From the NCBI GenBank assembly GCA_947455385.1, contig CANGNR010000001.1, positions 1 through 32,520 of the forward strand: a DNA stretch of 32,520 nucleotides, read 5' to 3'. The notes below the pieces were generated by a model, which saw only the letters and a list, made by a program, of their open reading frames with translations, was not told the DNA's origin and searched no databases. This DNA comes from Microbacteriaceae bacterium (GTDB taxonomy: Bacteria; Actinomycetota; Actinomycetes; Actinomycetales; Microbacteriaceae). Position numbers and translations under genes: made by a program. This document shows positions 19,405 through 27,736 of this stretch, piece after piece; position 1 is the first letter of the stretch; each line of letters starts with the position of its first letter.

Positions 19405-21117
19405 CTAATTTTTCAAGACCCTTGGTTCACAGGTGAACGGCGAAAAGCCCTGTTGAGCCCTGCTAAAGAAGTCGATGGTCTGGCACAGGTCTGAGAGTCG
19501 CACGTGGTCTCCGACATCCTCGAGTGCCGACTGCAGTCGCGAGACGTCGATCGTCGAGACCTTTGTGTTGGTGTGGGCTGCGACCGCTGCCGCCACGCCG
19601 GCGGCCTGCCCGAGCCCCATGAATTGGCGTTCCATTCGAATCGAGCCATAAGAAATCGGTGAGGTTGAGACACCAACCGAAACGAGCAGATTGTCCGGCC
19701 CCTTCTGTGGAACCATAACTCCGTAGGGAATCTCATAGGTCGGAGGCAGCATGAATGGTGTCATGTCGCGATAGATCGCCTGGTTCGCAAAGATCAGCTG
19801 GCTCGACTTGTTGTCGAGAAAGTACGAACCGTATGCAATCGATTCTGGCTTCGACCTGCTCTGAAAGATGTCAAAGGTGGTGAGGGTGTACTTGCCGACC
19901 AGTCGCCGACCCTCGCGAATATATGGCTGGTATGGCAGGTGCCGGTTGCCCCGGTATTCGTCGGCGCAGAGACCCATTCCCGCCAGCGCATTCGATTCGA
20001 AGGCCGGCACGCTCTGATCTGTCTGCAGCCAGTAGAGAAATGATTCGAGGTAATCGAGCGCGAGTCGATCAATGCGATGACGCGACTTTCCGAGACCAAA
20101 GTAGGCGCGCGGTAGCGGAAAGTTGGTCAGACCCAGGTGTGAGTTGAGGTCGTACTTGCCATTTGGCAGCTCTGCGATGCGCCAGAGTTTGGTTAGCACA
20201 GTGCCGTAGGCGGCAACCACGCACTGCGGGCAACGGCCATCCTTGTAAAGGCTCTTGAGCAGAACCTTCCAGGCGGGAATCCACTTCTTGTATTCGAGCG
20301 CCGGCCTAAACGGAATCTTGTTTTTCTTAGACAGGCAGAGCCGGTAGGTGAAGCTCGGCATTCCCTTGGTGAGGTCGGCCTTGTGCGAGTTGAACTTTGT
20401 CGGCGATGCCACGAATGGCAGCTCTTTGAAGCTGTTTCGCTCCAAGTCGCTCAACGTCGGCATGCGCACCACCGTGTGCATGATTCGCTTTTTTGCAATG
20501 CTCTCGCCGTAGGAGTAGAGATCTTGGGTGCCGAGTCGGTATTTGGCGCCGGCGACCGCGAACAGGTCGCCCTCGTAGCTCGCGTCAACGAACGTCGCCG
20601 CGCACTGCTTTGCGATGTTGGAAAACTTCACGCAGCTGATGCTCTGGTCAACCTTTTCGACCCCCAGCAGCCGCGCGTTCAGCTGCACCTGCACGTGGGC
20701 CTTCTTGAGCAGCCCCATGAAAATAGCCTCGGCCACGTGCGGTTCGATGCGAAGAGTCACATTGTCTGGATAAAACCGCTCGGCTCGCGCAAAAAACTCC
20801 TTGGCGAACCCGGTGGGTGGATACATCGTGCCGTCAGTAGCGGCGACGCCATTGGCGATCGCCCCGCCTATTGAGCCCGTGGACGAGATGAGCTTGACCT
20901 TTAGCCCCAGCCGCGCCGCCGATACAGCCGCAGAAACACCACTCGGGGTTCCGCCAAACACCACCAAGTCGGTTCGTTGAATGCCGTTGGGGGTGGGGCT
21001 CGAGGCAAGGTTAGGCCGAGCTCCGCCGCTCATGGCAAAAACCGTCGACAGCGTGACGGCAAAAACCGCTACGAACGCAGCAAACCAGATCATCGACCTA
21101 GAGAAATATGCGCGCAA
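19405..21117 (-). CDS. Exported FAD-dependent oxidoreductase (FAD_oxidored-like family)
   Basis: N-terminal hydrophobic signal/anchor; DLVVFGGTPSGVSAAVSAARLG, FVDASYEGDL, PYIREGRRLVG, YEIPYGVMVP and SIRME..FM.LGQAAG motifs. Confidence 0.82.
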   Translation of the reverse strand: MRAYFSRSMIWFAAFVAVFAVTLSTVFAMSGGARPNLASSPTPNGIQRTDLVVFGGTPSGVSAAVSAARLGLKVKLISSTGSIGGAIANGVAATDGTMYPPTGFAKEFFARAERFYPDNVTLRIEPHVAEAIFMGLLKKAHVQVQLNARLLGVEKVDQSISCVKFSNIAKQCAATFVDASYEGDLFAVAGAKYRLGTQDLYSYGESIAKKRIMHTVVRMPTLSDLERNSFKELPFVASPTKFNSHKADLTKGMPSFTYRLCLSKKNKIPFRPALEYKKWIPAWKVLLKSLYKDGRCPQCVVAAYGTVLTKLWRIAELPNGKYDLNSHLGLTNFPLPRAYFGLGKSRHRIDRLALDYLESFLYWLQTDQSVPAFESNALAGMGLCADEYRGNRHLPYQPYIREGRRLVGKYTLTTFDIFQSRSKPESIAYGSYFLDNKSSQLIFANQAIYRDMTPFMLPPTYEIPYGVMVPQKGPDNLLVSVGVSTSPISYGSIRMERQFMGLGQAAGVAAAVAAHTNTKVSTIDVSRLQSALEDVGDHVRLSDLCQTIDFFSRAQQGFSPFTCEPRVLKN

Positions 21118-21209
21118 GAGGAGTCCCGATTTGATGTGTTTCGCTGGTTTTCGAGCCTGCGGGCTCGCGAAAGAATACTCAAAATTCTAACTGCGCATAG
21201 GCTTGGCTC

Positions 21210-21242
21210 ATGACACCGCAAAAGGCTGTGAAACAAGGATGA
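21210..21242 (+). CDS. Putative leaderless 10-aa small ORF MTPQKAVKQG
   Basis: ATG lies 6 nt after TAGGCT (21198-21203); TGA 21240-21242 overlaps the SDR ATG at 21239 as ATGA. Confidence 0.4.
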   Translation: MTPQKAVKQG

Positions 21243-21934
21243 CCACGCTCGCCGGAAAAAGAATTCTCCTGGTAGGAGCCACTGGCGCCTTTGGTCGCCT
21301 GCTCGCCGACGGGCTCGCTGCGGCTGGCGCTTCGGTGCTAGCAACCGCTCGAAACAACGAGTCGGCCGCGCGCATCTCTTCGGCGGCGGCACTCAGGCTG
21401 TTGCTAGACCTCGAGCAGCCGGCGTCGATCAAGACACTGACCGACTACCTCAGCGCCGATGAAAACTCTCTCGACGGGGTTGTCGTCGCATCGGGCGTTG
21501 TGGGTTTCGCCGCAGCCAGCCAAACCGAGCCAGGCGACGCCACCAAGCTCATGCAAATCAACCACCTTGGGCCCAGCCAGTTGCTCGGCGCCCTGGCTTC
21601 GAAGTTGAAGTCTTCGGGCGAGGCCCTGCGTGAACCATTCATCCTGTCGATGCCTGGCGTCGTCGCCGAAAAAGACTTTGCCGGCATGTCGGCGTATTCG
21701 GCTAGCAAGTCTGCACACGCGAAGTTCTTGGCAACTCTGGCCATCGAGTTTCGGCGCGACAAGATTCGTGTCATCAGCGCAAGGCCGGGGCACACCGAAA
21801 CCGGCTTGGCCGGCCGCGCGATCTTTGGCAGTGCCCCGGCAATGCCCGCTGGGATGACGCCCGAGCACGTCGTCAACCGACTGCTGCAGGCAATTGTCGG
21901 CGACGAAACCGATCTTCCAAGCACCGAGTTCTAG
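21239..21934 (+). CDS. Short-chain dehydrogenase/reductase
   Basis: LVGATGAFG Rossmann motif, YSASK catalytic YxxxK, and RPGHTETGL. Confidence 0.88.
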   Translation: MTTLAGKRILLVGATGAFGRLLADGLAAAGASVLATARNNESAARISSAAALRLLLDLEQPASIKTLTDYLSADENSLDGVVVASGVVGFAAASQTEPGDATKLMQINHLGPSQLLGALASKLKSSGEALREPFILSMPGVVAEKDFAGMSAYSASKSAHAKFLATLAIEFRRDKIRVISARPGHTETGLAGRAIFGSAPAMPAGMTPEHVVNRLLQAIVGDETDLPSTEF

Positions 21935-21942
21935 GAGTACGC

Positions 21943-22440
21943 GTGCAACAAATTGAAACCAGGGGCCTTCGCAGAGCCTTCAGGTTGACCATCGGCCTCA
22001 AGATCGCCGACGGAATTCTCGAGGTCATTGGTGGAATCGCTCTGCTTTTTGTGAAGCCCAACCAAATCGACTCGTTCGTGCAGACGCTAACCATGCACGA
22101 GCTGAGCAAAGACCCTCACGACGTGGTTGCAAACCTGCTGGTCGACTTTGCCTCAAAGCTCACCATCGGCGCGACTCTATATGCCGCAATCTACTTGCTT
22201 GCCCACGGCCTGGTGAAGGTTGTGCTCGCCACGGCGGTCTGGCGCGAAAAACTCTGGGCCTACTCGTGGATGCTCGGTTTCTTGCTGCTTTTCATCGCCT
22301 ACCAGTGCTACGAGCTGGCTAACGAGTGGCGTTGGACCATGTTTGGGCTAACGATCTTCGACCTGGTCGTGCTTTGGCTAACCTGGCGCGAATACGCGAT
22401 TCACAGGGCACAGTTTCGCAACAAAAACGCATCCATGTAA
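21943..22440 (+). CDS. DUF2127-like membrane protein
   Basis: LKIADGILEVIGG, ELSKDPHD, YLLAHGLVK, LWAY and LTWREY patterns; AGGAG SD before the GTG. Confidence 0.75.
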   Translation: MQQIETRGLRRAFRLTIGLKIADGILEVIGGIALLFVKPNQIDSFVQTLTMHELSKDPHDVVANLLVDFASKLTIGATLYAAIYLLAHGLVKVVLATAVWREKLWAYSWMLGFLLLFIAYQCYELANEWRWTMFGLTIFDLVVLWLTWREYAIHRAQFRNKNASM

Positions 22441-22473
22441 TCGCTTTCACGAGTTCTCGCTTAGAGTTTGGCT

Positions 22474-23700
22474 ATGGCCAATTCAAAGCGCGCAATCAAT
22501 ACTCTGGCGGTTGCGCTGACGTCGCTGCTGGCTCTCGGTTCTTTTCCTTTTGCGGCGCATGCGGCGGCCGCACCGGTCAAGGCGCTCGCCGCCATCCACG
22601 TCGACTTCATCAACCGCAGCTCACAGATCAATCAGGCGGCCGCAGGGCGACTTGCCGTCGAGGCTGGCTCGTTTGAGACGGCATCGGCAATCACCATCAC
22701 TGGTTATGTTCGCGGCCTCAAGCAGTCCGCGGCCGCGAAAACCAAGGGCCTCGCGCGTGCCCAGGCGGTAGCGCAAAGACTTTCGCAGGCGGGCATCGCT
22801 GCGACTATGACCATCAACGGAGTTGGAGTCTCTGACACCTACGGCAACTCTCTCGGCGCCGACCGCGTTGACGTGCTGGCAACCGCGACCGGAAACCTGC
22901 TCTGGTCTGAGGAGTTCAACAGCCCGACCGTCAAAACCTTCAATCACTCCAACTGGACTGCCCTGCTTGATCACGGTTATGAACAGCTCGGATTCTGGAA
23001 CTACGGAACCGGCGAGATCGAGAGCAACACCGAGGCGGCGGCAAACGAGGATGGCAAGGGAAACCTAGCCCTCACCGCCACAAACACCAACGGCACCTGG
23101 ACCAGCGCCCGACTTTGGACACAGGGCAAGGTGAACTTTCAATACGGCGAACTTCGCATTCGAGCCAAGATGCCCGTTGGTGCCTTTAACTGGCCCGCAA
23201 TTTGGTCTCTCGGGTCCAACTACTCGGCTCCCAACCATCTTTTTGGCAGCGTCGACTGGCCCGCCTCCGGTGAGGCAGACATCGCCGAGGGCCTCGGCGG
23301 CAACTCGGTGGTTCAGGGAACCATCCACGGCTTGGATCCCGCCACGGGTGGCCCCTGGTTCGGCGGAGGCGGCTTCACCGCAGTAGCGCCGGTCAACGAC
23401 TTCACGAGTAAGTTCCACGTCTATGGCATCCAGTGGAAGCCAAACGAGTTTGACTTCACGGTCGACGGCAAGGTCTATTCAAAGAACGTGTATGACGGAA
23501 CGCGCGTGACCCAGACATTCGCCAACGGGCAGACCCGTTCGCTAGTTGTCGGCTCGAACTGGCCATACAACCAGGGCATCTTCTTGATTCTCGACAACGC
23601 GATTCAGGCCGGCACGTCGGCGCCGAATGGTTCGAATGGCACAATGCTCGTCGACTGGATTCGCTACACGCCATGGCAAGGCTACGGCTCGGTTAAATAG
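22474..23700 (+). CDS. Secreted protein: signal peptide + OmpA-C-like domain + GH16 (laminarinase-type) glycoside hydrolase
   Basis: Signal peptide ending AHA-A; OmpA-like segment (F..SSQI...ITITGY...LARAQAV..L...G.G...RVDV); GH16 motifs LLWSEEF, WTSARL, WPAIW, WPASGEADIAE and FHVYGIQW. ATG lies 6 nt after TAGAGT. Confidence 0.82.
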   Translation: MANSKRAINTLAVALTSLLALGSFPFAAHAAAAPVKALAAIHVDFINRSSQINQAAAGRLAVEAGSFETASAITITGYVRGLKQSAAAKTKGLARAQAVAQRLSQAGIAATMTINGVGVSDTYGNSLGADRVDVLATATGNLLWSEEFNSPTVKTFNHSNWTALLDHGYEQLGFWNYGTGEIESNTEAAANEDGKGNLALTATNTNGTWTSARLWTQGKVNFQYGELRIRAKMPVGAFNWPAIWSLGSNYSAPNHLFGSVDWPASGEADIAEGLGGNSVVQGTIHGLDPATGGPWFGGGGFTAVAPVNDFTSKFHVYGIQWKPNEFDFTVDGKVYSKNVYDGTRVTQTFANGQTRSLVVGSNWPYNQGIFLILDNAIQAGTSAPNGSNGTMLVDWIRYTPWQGYGSVK

Positions 23701-23734
23701 GTCGCCGAGCGGCTCGAAGCGATAGTGTCTAGCT

Positions 23735-24022
23735 GTGATTCTTGAGTTCAGCGGCGACGTATTCGAGTGGCGAGGCCCCGCCCCGTTTCTCTTCGTGCGC
23801 GTGCCAGAGGCCGAGTCACAATCAATCAAGGATGTCGCCGCGATGGTCAGCTACGGCTGGGGCGTGATACCCGCATCCGTGACGATCGGTGCAACCTCAG
23901 TCACGACCTCGCTGTTTCCTAAAGACGGATCTTTTCTGGTTCCCATCAAGAAAGTTCTACAAGACACCGAGCACATCGACGTGGGTCAGTCGGTCGAGAT
24001 TACTCTCGAAATCGCCATCTAG
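23735..24022 (+). CDS. DUF1905 domain protein
   Basis: EWRGPAPF.FV, YGWGVIP and TSLFPKDG...VPIK patterns; GTG lies 6 nt after TAGTGT. Confidence 0.8.
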   Translation: MILEFSGDVFEWRGPAPFLFVRVPEAESQSIKDVAAMVSYGWGVIPASVTIGATSVTTSLFPKDGSFLVPIKKVLQDTEHIDVGQSVEITLEIAI

Positions 24023-24043
24023 GCCATCGCCTAGACTCGAGCC

Positions 24044-25894
24044 ATGAGCATGCATGGCGGCGGTGGACCAATGGGTCGATTCAATACGGATCCAGACGCA
24101 CTGAAAGCCAGAAATGCCTCCGCGCCAAAGATCGAAAACCTGCTAGCGCGCATCCTCGGGCTCTTTGCGCCACATCGGGCATCCTTGATTTTGACCACGA
24201 GTCTCGTGCTGGTTGGCGCCGGTCTCTCTGTTTTGCCGCCGCTTTTGATTCAAGGGGCCTTCAACGAGGGCCTGTTTCCAGCCTCCGGTGAGCCAAACCT
24301 CGGGTTGCTCACTAACTTTGTCTTTGGCATGGTTGGCATTTGGCTCTTGGCCGCGGCAATCGGCGTCTGGCAGACCTTTCTAACCTCGACCATCGGCAAC
24401 AAGGTGATGGGTTCGCTCCGAGTGCGCATGTTCGCCCACCTGCAGTCGATGGAACTCGCATTCTTCACTCGCACCAAGACCGGCGCGATTCAGTCGAGGC
24501 TGCAAAACGACGTCGGCGGAGTCGCAGGCGTACTCAGCAACACGATCTCGAGCATGCTCGGCAGCGCCGTCACGGTGCTGGCATCTTTTGTTGCGATGCT
24601 CTTGCTGAGCTGGCAGTTGACCATCGTCGCCCTAATCATGCTGCCGCTCATGGTTTTGCTGCAGCGCAAGGTCGGCCAGGTGCGAGCCAAGATCGCCAGC
24701 AAGACTCAGGAGTCGCTGAGCGAGATGTCCTCGATCACCCAGGAGTCGCTTGGCGTCAGCGGCATCCTGCTCGCAAAGAGCTTCGGTCGCCAGGCTAGCG
24801 AGATTGGTCGCTACGAAAACGAGAACAAGAACCAGATTGGGCTTCAGGTTCGCCAAACGATGAGCGGCCAGTCTTTCTTTGCCATCGTTCAGGTGTTCAT
24901 GTCGTCAATCCCCGCCGTCATCTACCTTTGCGCCGGGTTCTTGATCTTGCACCAAGACGTACTGACCGTCGGCACCGTCGTGGCATTTACCACCGCACAA
25001 TCGCGCCTGCTGTTTCCGATGATGAACCTTCTGCAGGTGAGCCTCGACCTGCAAACCTCGCAGGCGCTCTTCGCTCGCATCTTCGAGTATTTCGACCTGA
25101 AGCCTCAGGTGACCGACCCTCAGAATCCTCGCCACCTAGACAAGGCACGACTCGGCGAGATCAAGTTCCAAGATGTCACGTTCTCATACCCCGAAACTGG
25201 CGAAGACACAGAACCAACGCTGACCGATGTCTCGTTCGAGGTGAAACCAGGCCAGTACGTAGCGCTTGTGGGTGCGTCTGGCAGCGGCAAGACCACCATC
25301 AGCTACCTCATCCCCCGTTTTTACGACGTAACTGGGGGCTCGATTGAGTTCGCAGGGGTCGATGTTCGCAAACTGGCCCAGGCCGAGCTGATTGAGCAGA
25401 TCGGAATCGTCAACCAGGAGACCTACCTCTTCTATGACACCATCCGCGAGAATCTTGCCTATGCAAAACCAGAGGCCACCCAGGATGAAATCGAGGCGGC
25501 GGCCAAGGCGGCCAACATCCACGATGTAATCATGAGCTTTCCGAAGGGCTACGAGACCATGGTTGGCGAGCGCGGCTATCGACTGAGCGGTGGCGAGAAA
25601 CAGCGAATCGCCATCGCGCGCGTTCTACTCAAAGACCCGCCGGTCGTGATCCTCGATGAAGCCACCTCGGCCATGGATACGAACTCCGAGCGAATTGTGC
25701 AGGCCACGCTAGACGCGGCTACAGCAAACCGCACCACGATTGCCATCGCCCACCGCTTATCTACAGTGGTGAACGCGGATGTGATCTTGGTGCTCGATAA
25801 GGGCCGAATCGTCGAGCGAGGCACTCACGCAGAACTGCTGGCGAAGGGCGGCGCCTACTCGGCGCTCGTCTCGGCGCAGAACACCCTGCATTAG
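24044..25894 (+). CDS. ABC exporter, fused permease/ATP-binding protein
   Basis: N-terminal TM domain, Walker A GASGSGKT, signature LSGGEKQR, Walker B ILDEATS, and IAHRLST. Confidence 0.95.
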   Translation: MSMHGGGGPMGRFNTDPDALKARNASAPKIENLLARILGLFAPHRASLILTTSLVLVGAGLSVLPPLLIQGAFNEGLFPASGEPNLGLLTNFVFGMVGIWLLAAAIGVWQTFLTSTIGNKVMGSLRVRMFAHLQSMELAFFTRTKTGAIQSRLQNDVGGVAGVLSNTISSMLGSAVTVLASFVAMLLLSWQLTIVALIMLPLMVLLQRKVGQVRAKIASKTQESLSEMSSITQESLGVSGILLAKSFGRQASEIGRYENENKNQIGLQVRQTMSGQSFFAIVQVFMSSIPAVIYLCAGFLILHQDVLTVGTVVAFTTAQSRLLFPMMNLLQVSLDLQTSQALFARIFEYFDLKPQVTDPQNPRHLDKARLGEIKFQDVTFSYPETGEDTEPTLTDVSFEVKPGQYVALVGASGSGKTTISYLIPRFYDVTGGSIEFAGVDVRKLAQAELIEQIGIVNQETYLFYDTIRENLAYAKPEATQDEIEAAAKAANIHDVIMSFPKGYETMVGERGYRLSGGEKQRIAIARVLLKDPPVVILDEATSAMDTNSERIVQATLDAATANRTTIAIAHRLSTVVNADVILVLDKGRIVERGTHAELLAKGGAYSALVSAQNTLH

Positions 25895-25930
25895 AAACTA
25901 TCGGACAAGCCGGTCGCCCACCAGGAAACT

Positions 25931-25970
25931 AAAAATGGTCTCGAGCGGAGACGCATGCGAGACCATTTTT
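25931..25970. terminator. Bidirectional intrinsic terminator
   Basis: AAAAATGGTCTCG ... CGAGACCATTTTT perfect inverted repeat with A/T tracts on both sides, between convergent genes. Confidence 0.85.
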
Positions 25971-25989
25971 AACTACTGCGAAAAAGTAC

Positions 25990-26421
25990 CTAGTTCTTGT
26001 AGAACAACTCATCCCTGAGCGCCAAGAGGAGAACTGGCGCGACGATGTCGTTGAATGCCATTATCGGATAACTACCCAGATAGGCGTAGAAACCGTAACC
26101 CTTGATCGCCATAGTGACTTGAATAACGAGAACTACAGTTGGCCACAACAACGAGGCCAAGGTGTAAACAGGTGCGAGCGTGTACTTGCTAACGCGGGGA
26201 AGCCAGGCCGTCAAAACCGTTAGGCTTCCAAAAATCGCCCAAGCAAAAGTAGAAACGATCTGCTCAACGCGCAAGACGGGGTCGGTATTTAGGAACGGAT
26301 TAAAAAGAAACAAGCTGGGATACGTCGCAACTACCAGCCAGAAGCCGATAGCAGAGAGGGTGACTGCTAGCGCAGCCACCCTCTCTGAAACGAAGCCAGC
26401 CCTTGAGCGGCTTGTGTTCAA
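25990..26421 (-). CDS. Hypothetical membrane protein with ~4 TM segments, co-transcribed with the collagen-like gene
   Basis: 143-aa hydrophobic ORF; AAGGAAAG SD before the TTG, 9 nt after the collagen stop; followed by the terminator. Confidence 0.7.
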   Translation of the reverse strand: MNTSRSRAGFVSERVAALAVTLSAIGFWLVVATYPSLFLFNPFLNTDPVLRVEQIVSTFAWAIFGSLTVLTAWLPRVSKYTLAPVYTLASLLWPTVVLVIQVTMAIKGYGFYAYLGSYPIMAFNDIVAPVLLLALRDELFYKN

Positions 26422-26430
26422 TAGCTTTCC

Positions 26431-27570
26431 TTAGTTGGTGTCACAGGCAAGTACGTAAGCCTTGGCTGCAACCTCAACCCACTGGTAAGTTCCAGTGTGA
26501 ACCGAAGCGTCAGCAAGGGTCACGGAGCAAGCGAGGCCAACAGAGCTCTGCTGAACACCGATGCCGTTGTCGCCCTTGGCACCAGTAAGGCCGCGAAGAC
26601 CCTGAGGACCCTGAGCGCCGGTAGCACCAGTGTCACCCTTAGCGCCTGCGGCACCAGTGGCACCAGTGTCACCCTTGGCTCCGGTGGCTCCAGTTGCGCC
26701 CTGGAGGCCCTGAGGACCCTGAGGACCAGTAGCACCGGTAGCACCAGTAGCACCAGTTGGGCCGTTAGCTCCACGGAGACCCTGAGGACCAGTAGCACCA
26801 GTAGCACCAGTAGCACCAGTGTCACCCTTAGCACCAGTAGCACCAGTAGCACCAGTCAGACCGATCGGGCCGATTGGGCCGATCAGACCCTGGATACCCT
26901 GAGGACCAACGTCACCCTTGTCGCCCTGAGGACCCTGAGGACCAGTGTGACCAATTTCACCCTTGTCACCCTTGTCGCCCTGAAGACCCTGAGGACCAGC
27001 AGGACCAGTAGCGCCAGTGTCACCGACAGGACCAGCAGGACCCTCTGGGCCAACCTCACCCTGAGGACCAACAGGACCACCAGCAGGACCAGCAGGACCA
27101 GTTGCGCCGGTCTCACCCTTAGCACCAGCAGGACCAGCAGGACCAGCGACACCAGCAGGACCGGTAGCGCCAGCAGGACCAGCAGCGCCGGTCTCACCCT
27201 TGGCACCAGCAGCGCCGGTTGCACCGGTCTCGCCCTTAGCGCCAGCAGGACCAGTAGCGCCAGCAGGACCAGCCACGCCAGCAGGACCCTGAGGACCAGC
27301 GACACCAGCAGGACCAGCAGGACCAGCCACGCCAGCAGGACCCTGAGGACCAGCGACACCAGCAGGCCCAGCTACGCCAGCCGCACCTGGAGCGCCGGCA
27401 GCGCCCTTGATTTCAAATTCATTAGCCGAACATGATTTTTTAACGGCCAGAGTCAGCTTCGTCTTGTTCACACATAGGTGGTAATTAGTGGCCGCATTTG
27501 CCTGGGCCCCGCTTCCAACCAGCGCAACAAGAAGAGCCACACCCGCACCGAGTACGATTGATTTCTTCAA
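26431..27570 (-). CDS. Secreted collagen-like protein
   Basis: Sec signal MKKSIV...ANA-A, small Cys-pair N-domain, ~93 Gly-X-Y triplets and a Cys-pair C-domain; AGAAAGG SD before the TTG. Confidence 0.92.
   Translation of the reverse strand: MKKSIVLGAGVALLVALVGSGAQANAATNYHLCVNKTKLTLAVKKSCSANEFEIKGAAGAPGAAGVAGPAGVAGPQGPAGVAGPAGPAGVAGPQGPAGVAGPAGATGPAGAKGETGATGAAGAKGETGAAGPAGATGPAGVAGPAGPAGAKGETGATGPAGPAGGPVGPQGEVGPEGPAGPVGDTGATGPAGPQGLQGDKGDKGEIGHTGPQGPQGDKGDVGPQGIQGLIGPIGPIGLTGATGATGAKGDTGATGATGATGPQGLRGANGPTGATGATGATGPQGPQGLQGATGATGAKGDTGATGAAGAKGDTGATGAQGPQGLRGLTGAKGDNGIGVQQSSVGLACSVTLADASVHTGTYQWVEVAAKAYVLACDTN
26566..27405 (-). repeat. Gly-X-Y coding repeat tract with 9-bp periodicity
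   Basis: Recurrent GGTCCTGCT / GGTGCTACT / GGTCCTCAG units on the minus strand; includes a 54-bp tandem duplication at 27262-27369. Confidence 0.95.
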
Positions 27571-27617
27571 TTCATTGCCTTTCTAAATTGGTAGGGAAAC
27601 CCCATACCTAACTATTG

Positions 27618-27646
27618 ATGGTAGGCAATAAGTTGCTTATTCGCAA
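27618..27646 (-). promoter_or_regulatory. Promoter of the collagen operon
   Basis: Minus strand TTGCGA (27646-27641), 17-nt spacer, TACCAT (27623-27618); overlapped by inverted repeats. Confidence 0.65.
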
Positions 27647-27736
27647 CTTTGTTGCAGGTGTGTCGCGCCGAATTAGAAGCCCGGTTTTTTCACGACCAGC
27701 CTCTGTTTGTGAGGATTGTGGACCAGGTCGCCAGTC

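Noticed and set aside
26566-27405. Repeat array considered as a possible CRISPR
   Set aside because: The repeats are in-frame codon repeats without unique spacers, and no cas genes are present.
26497-27435. Long antisense and alternative-frame ORFs (Thr/Ser/Arg-rich or Leu/Val-rich)
   Set aside because: By-products of the 9-bp Gly-X-Y periodicity; they have no independent expression signals.
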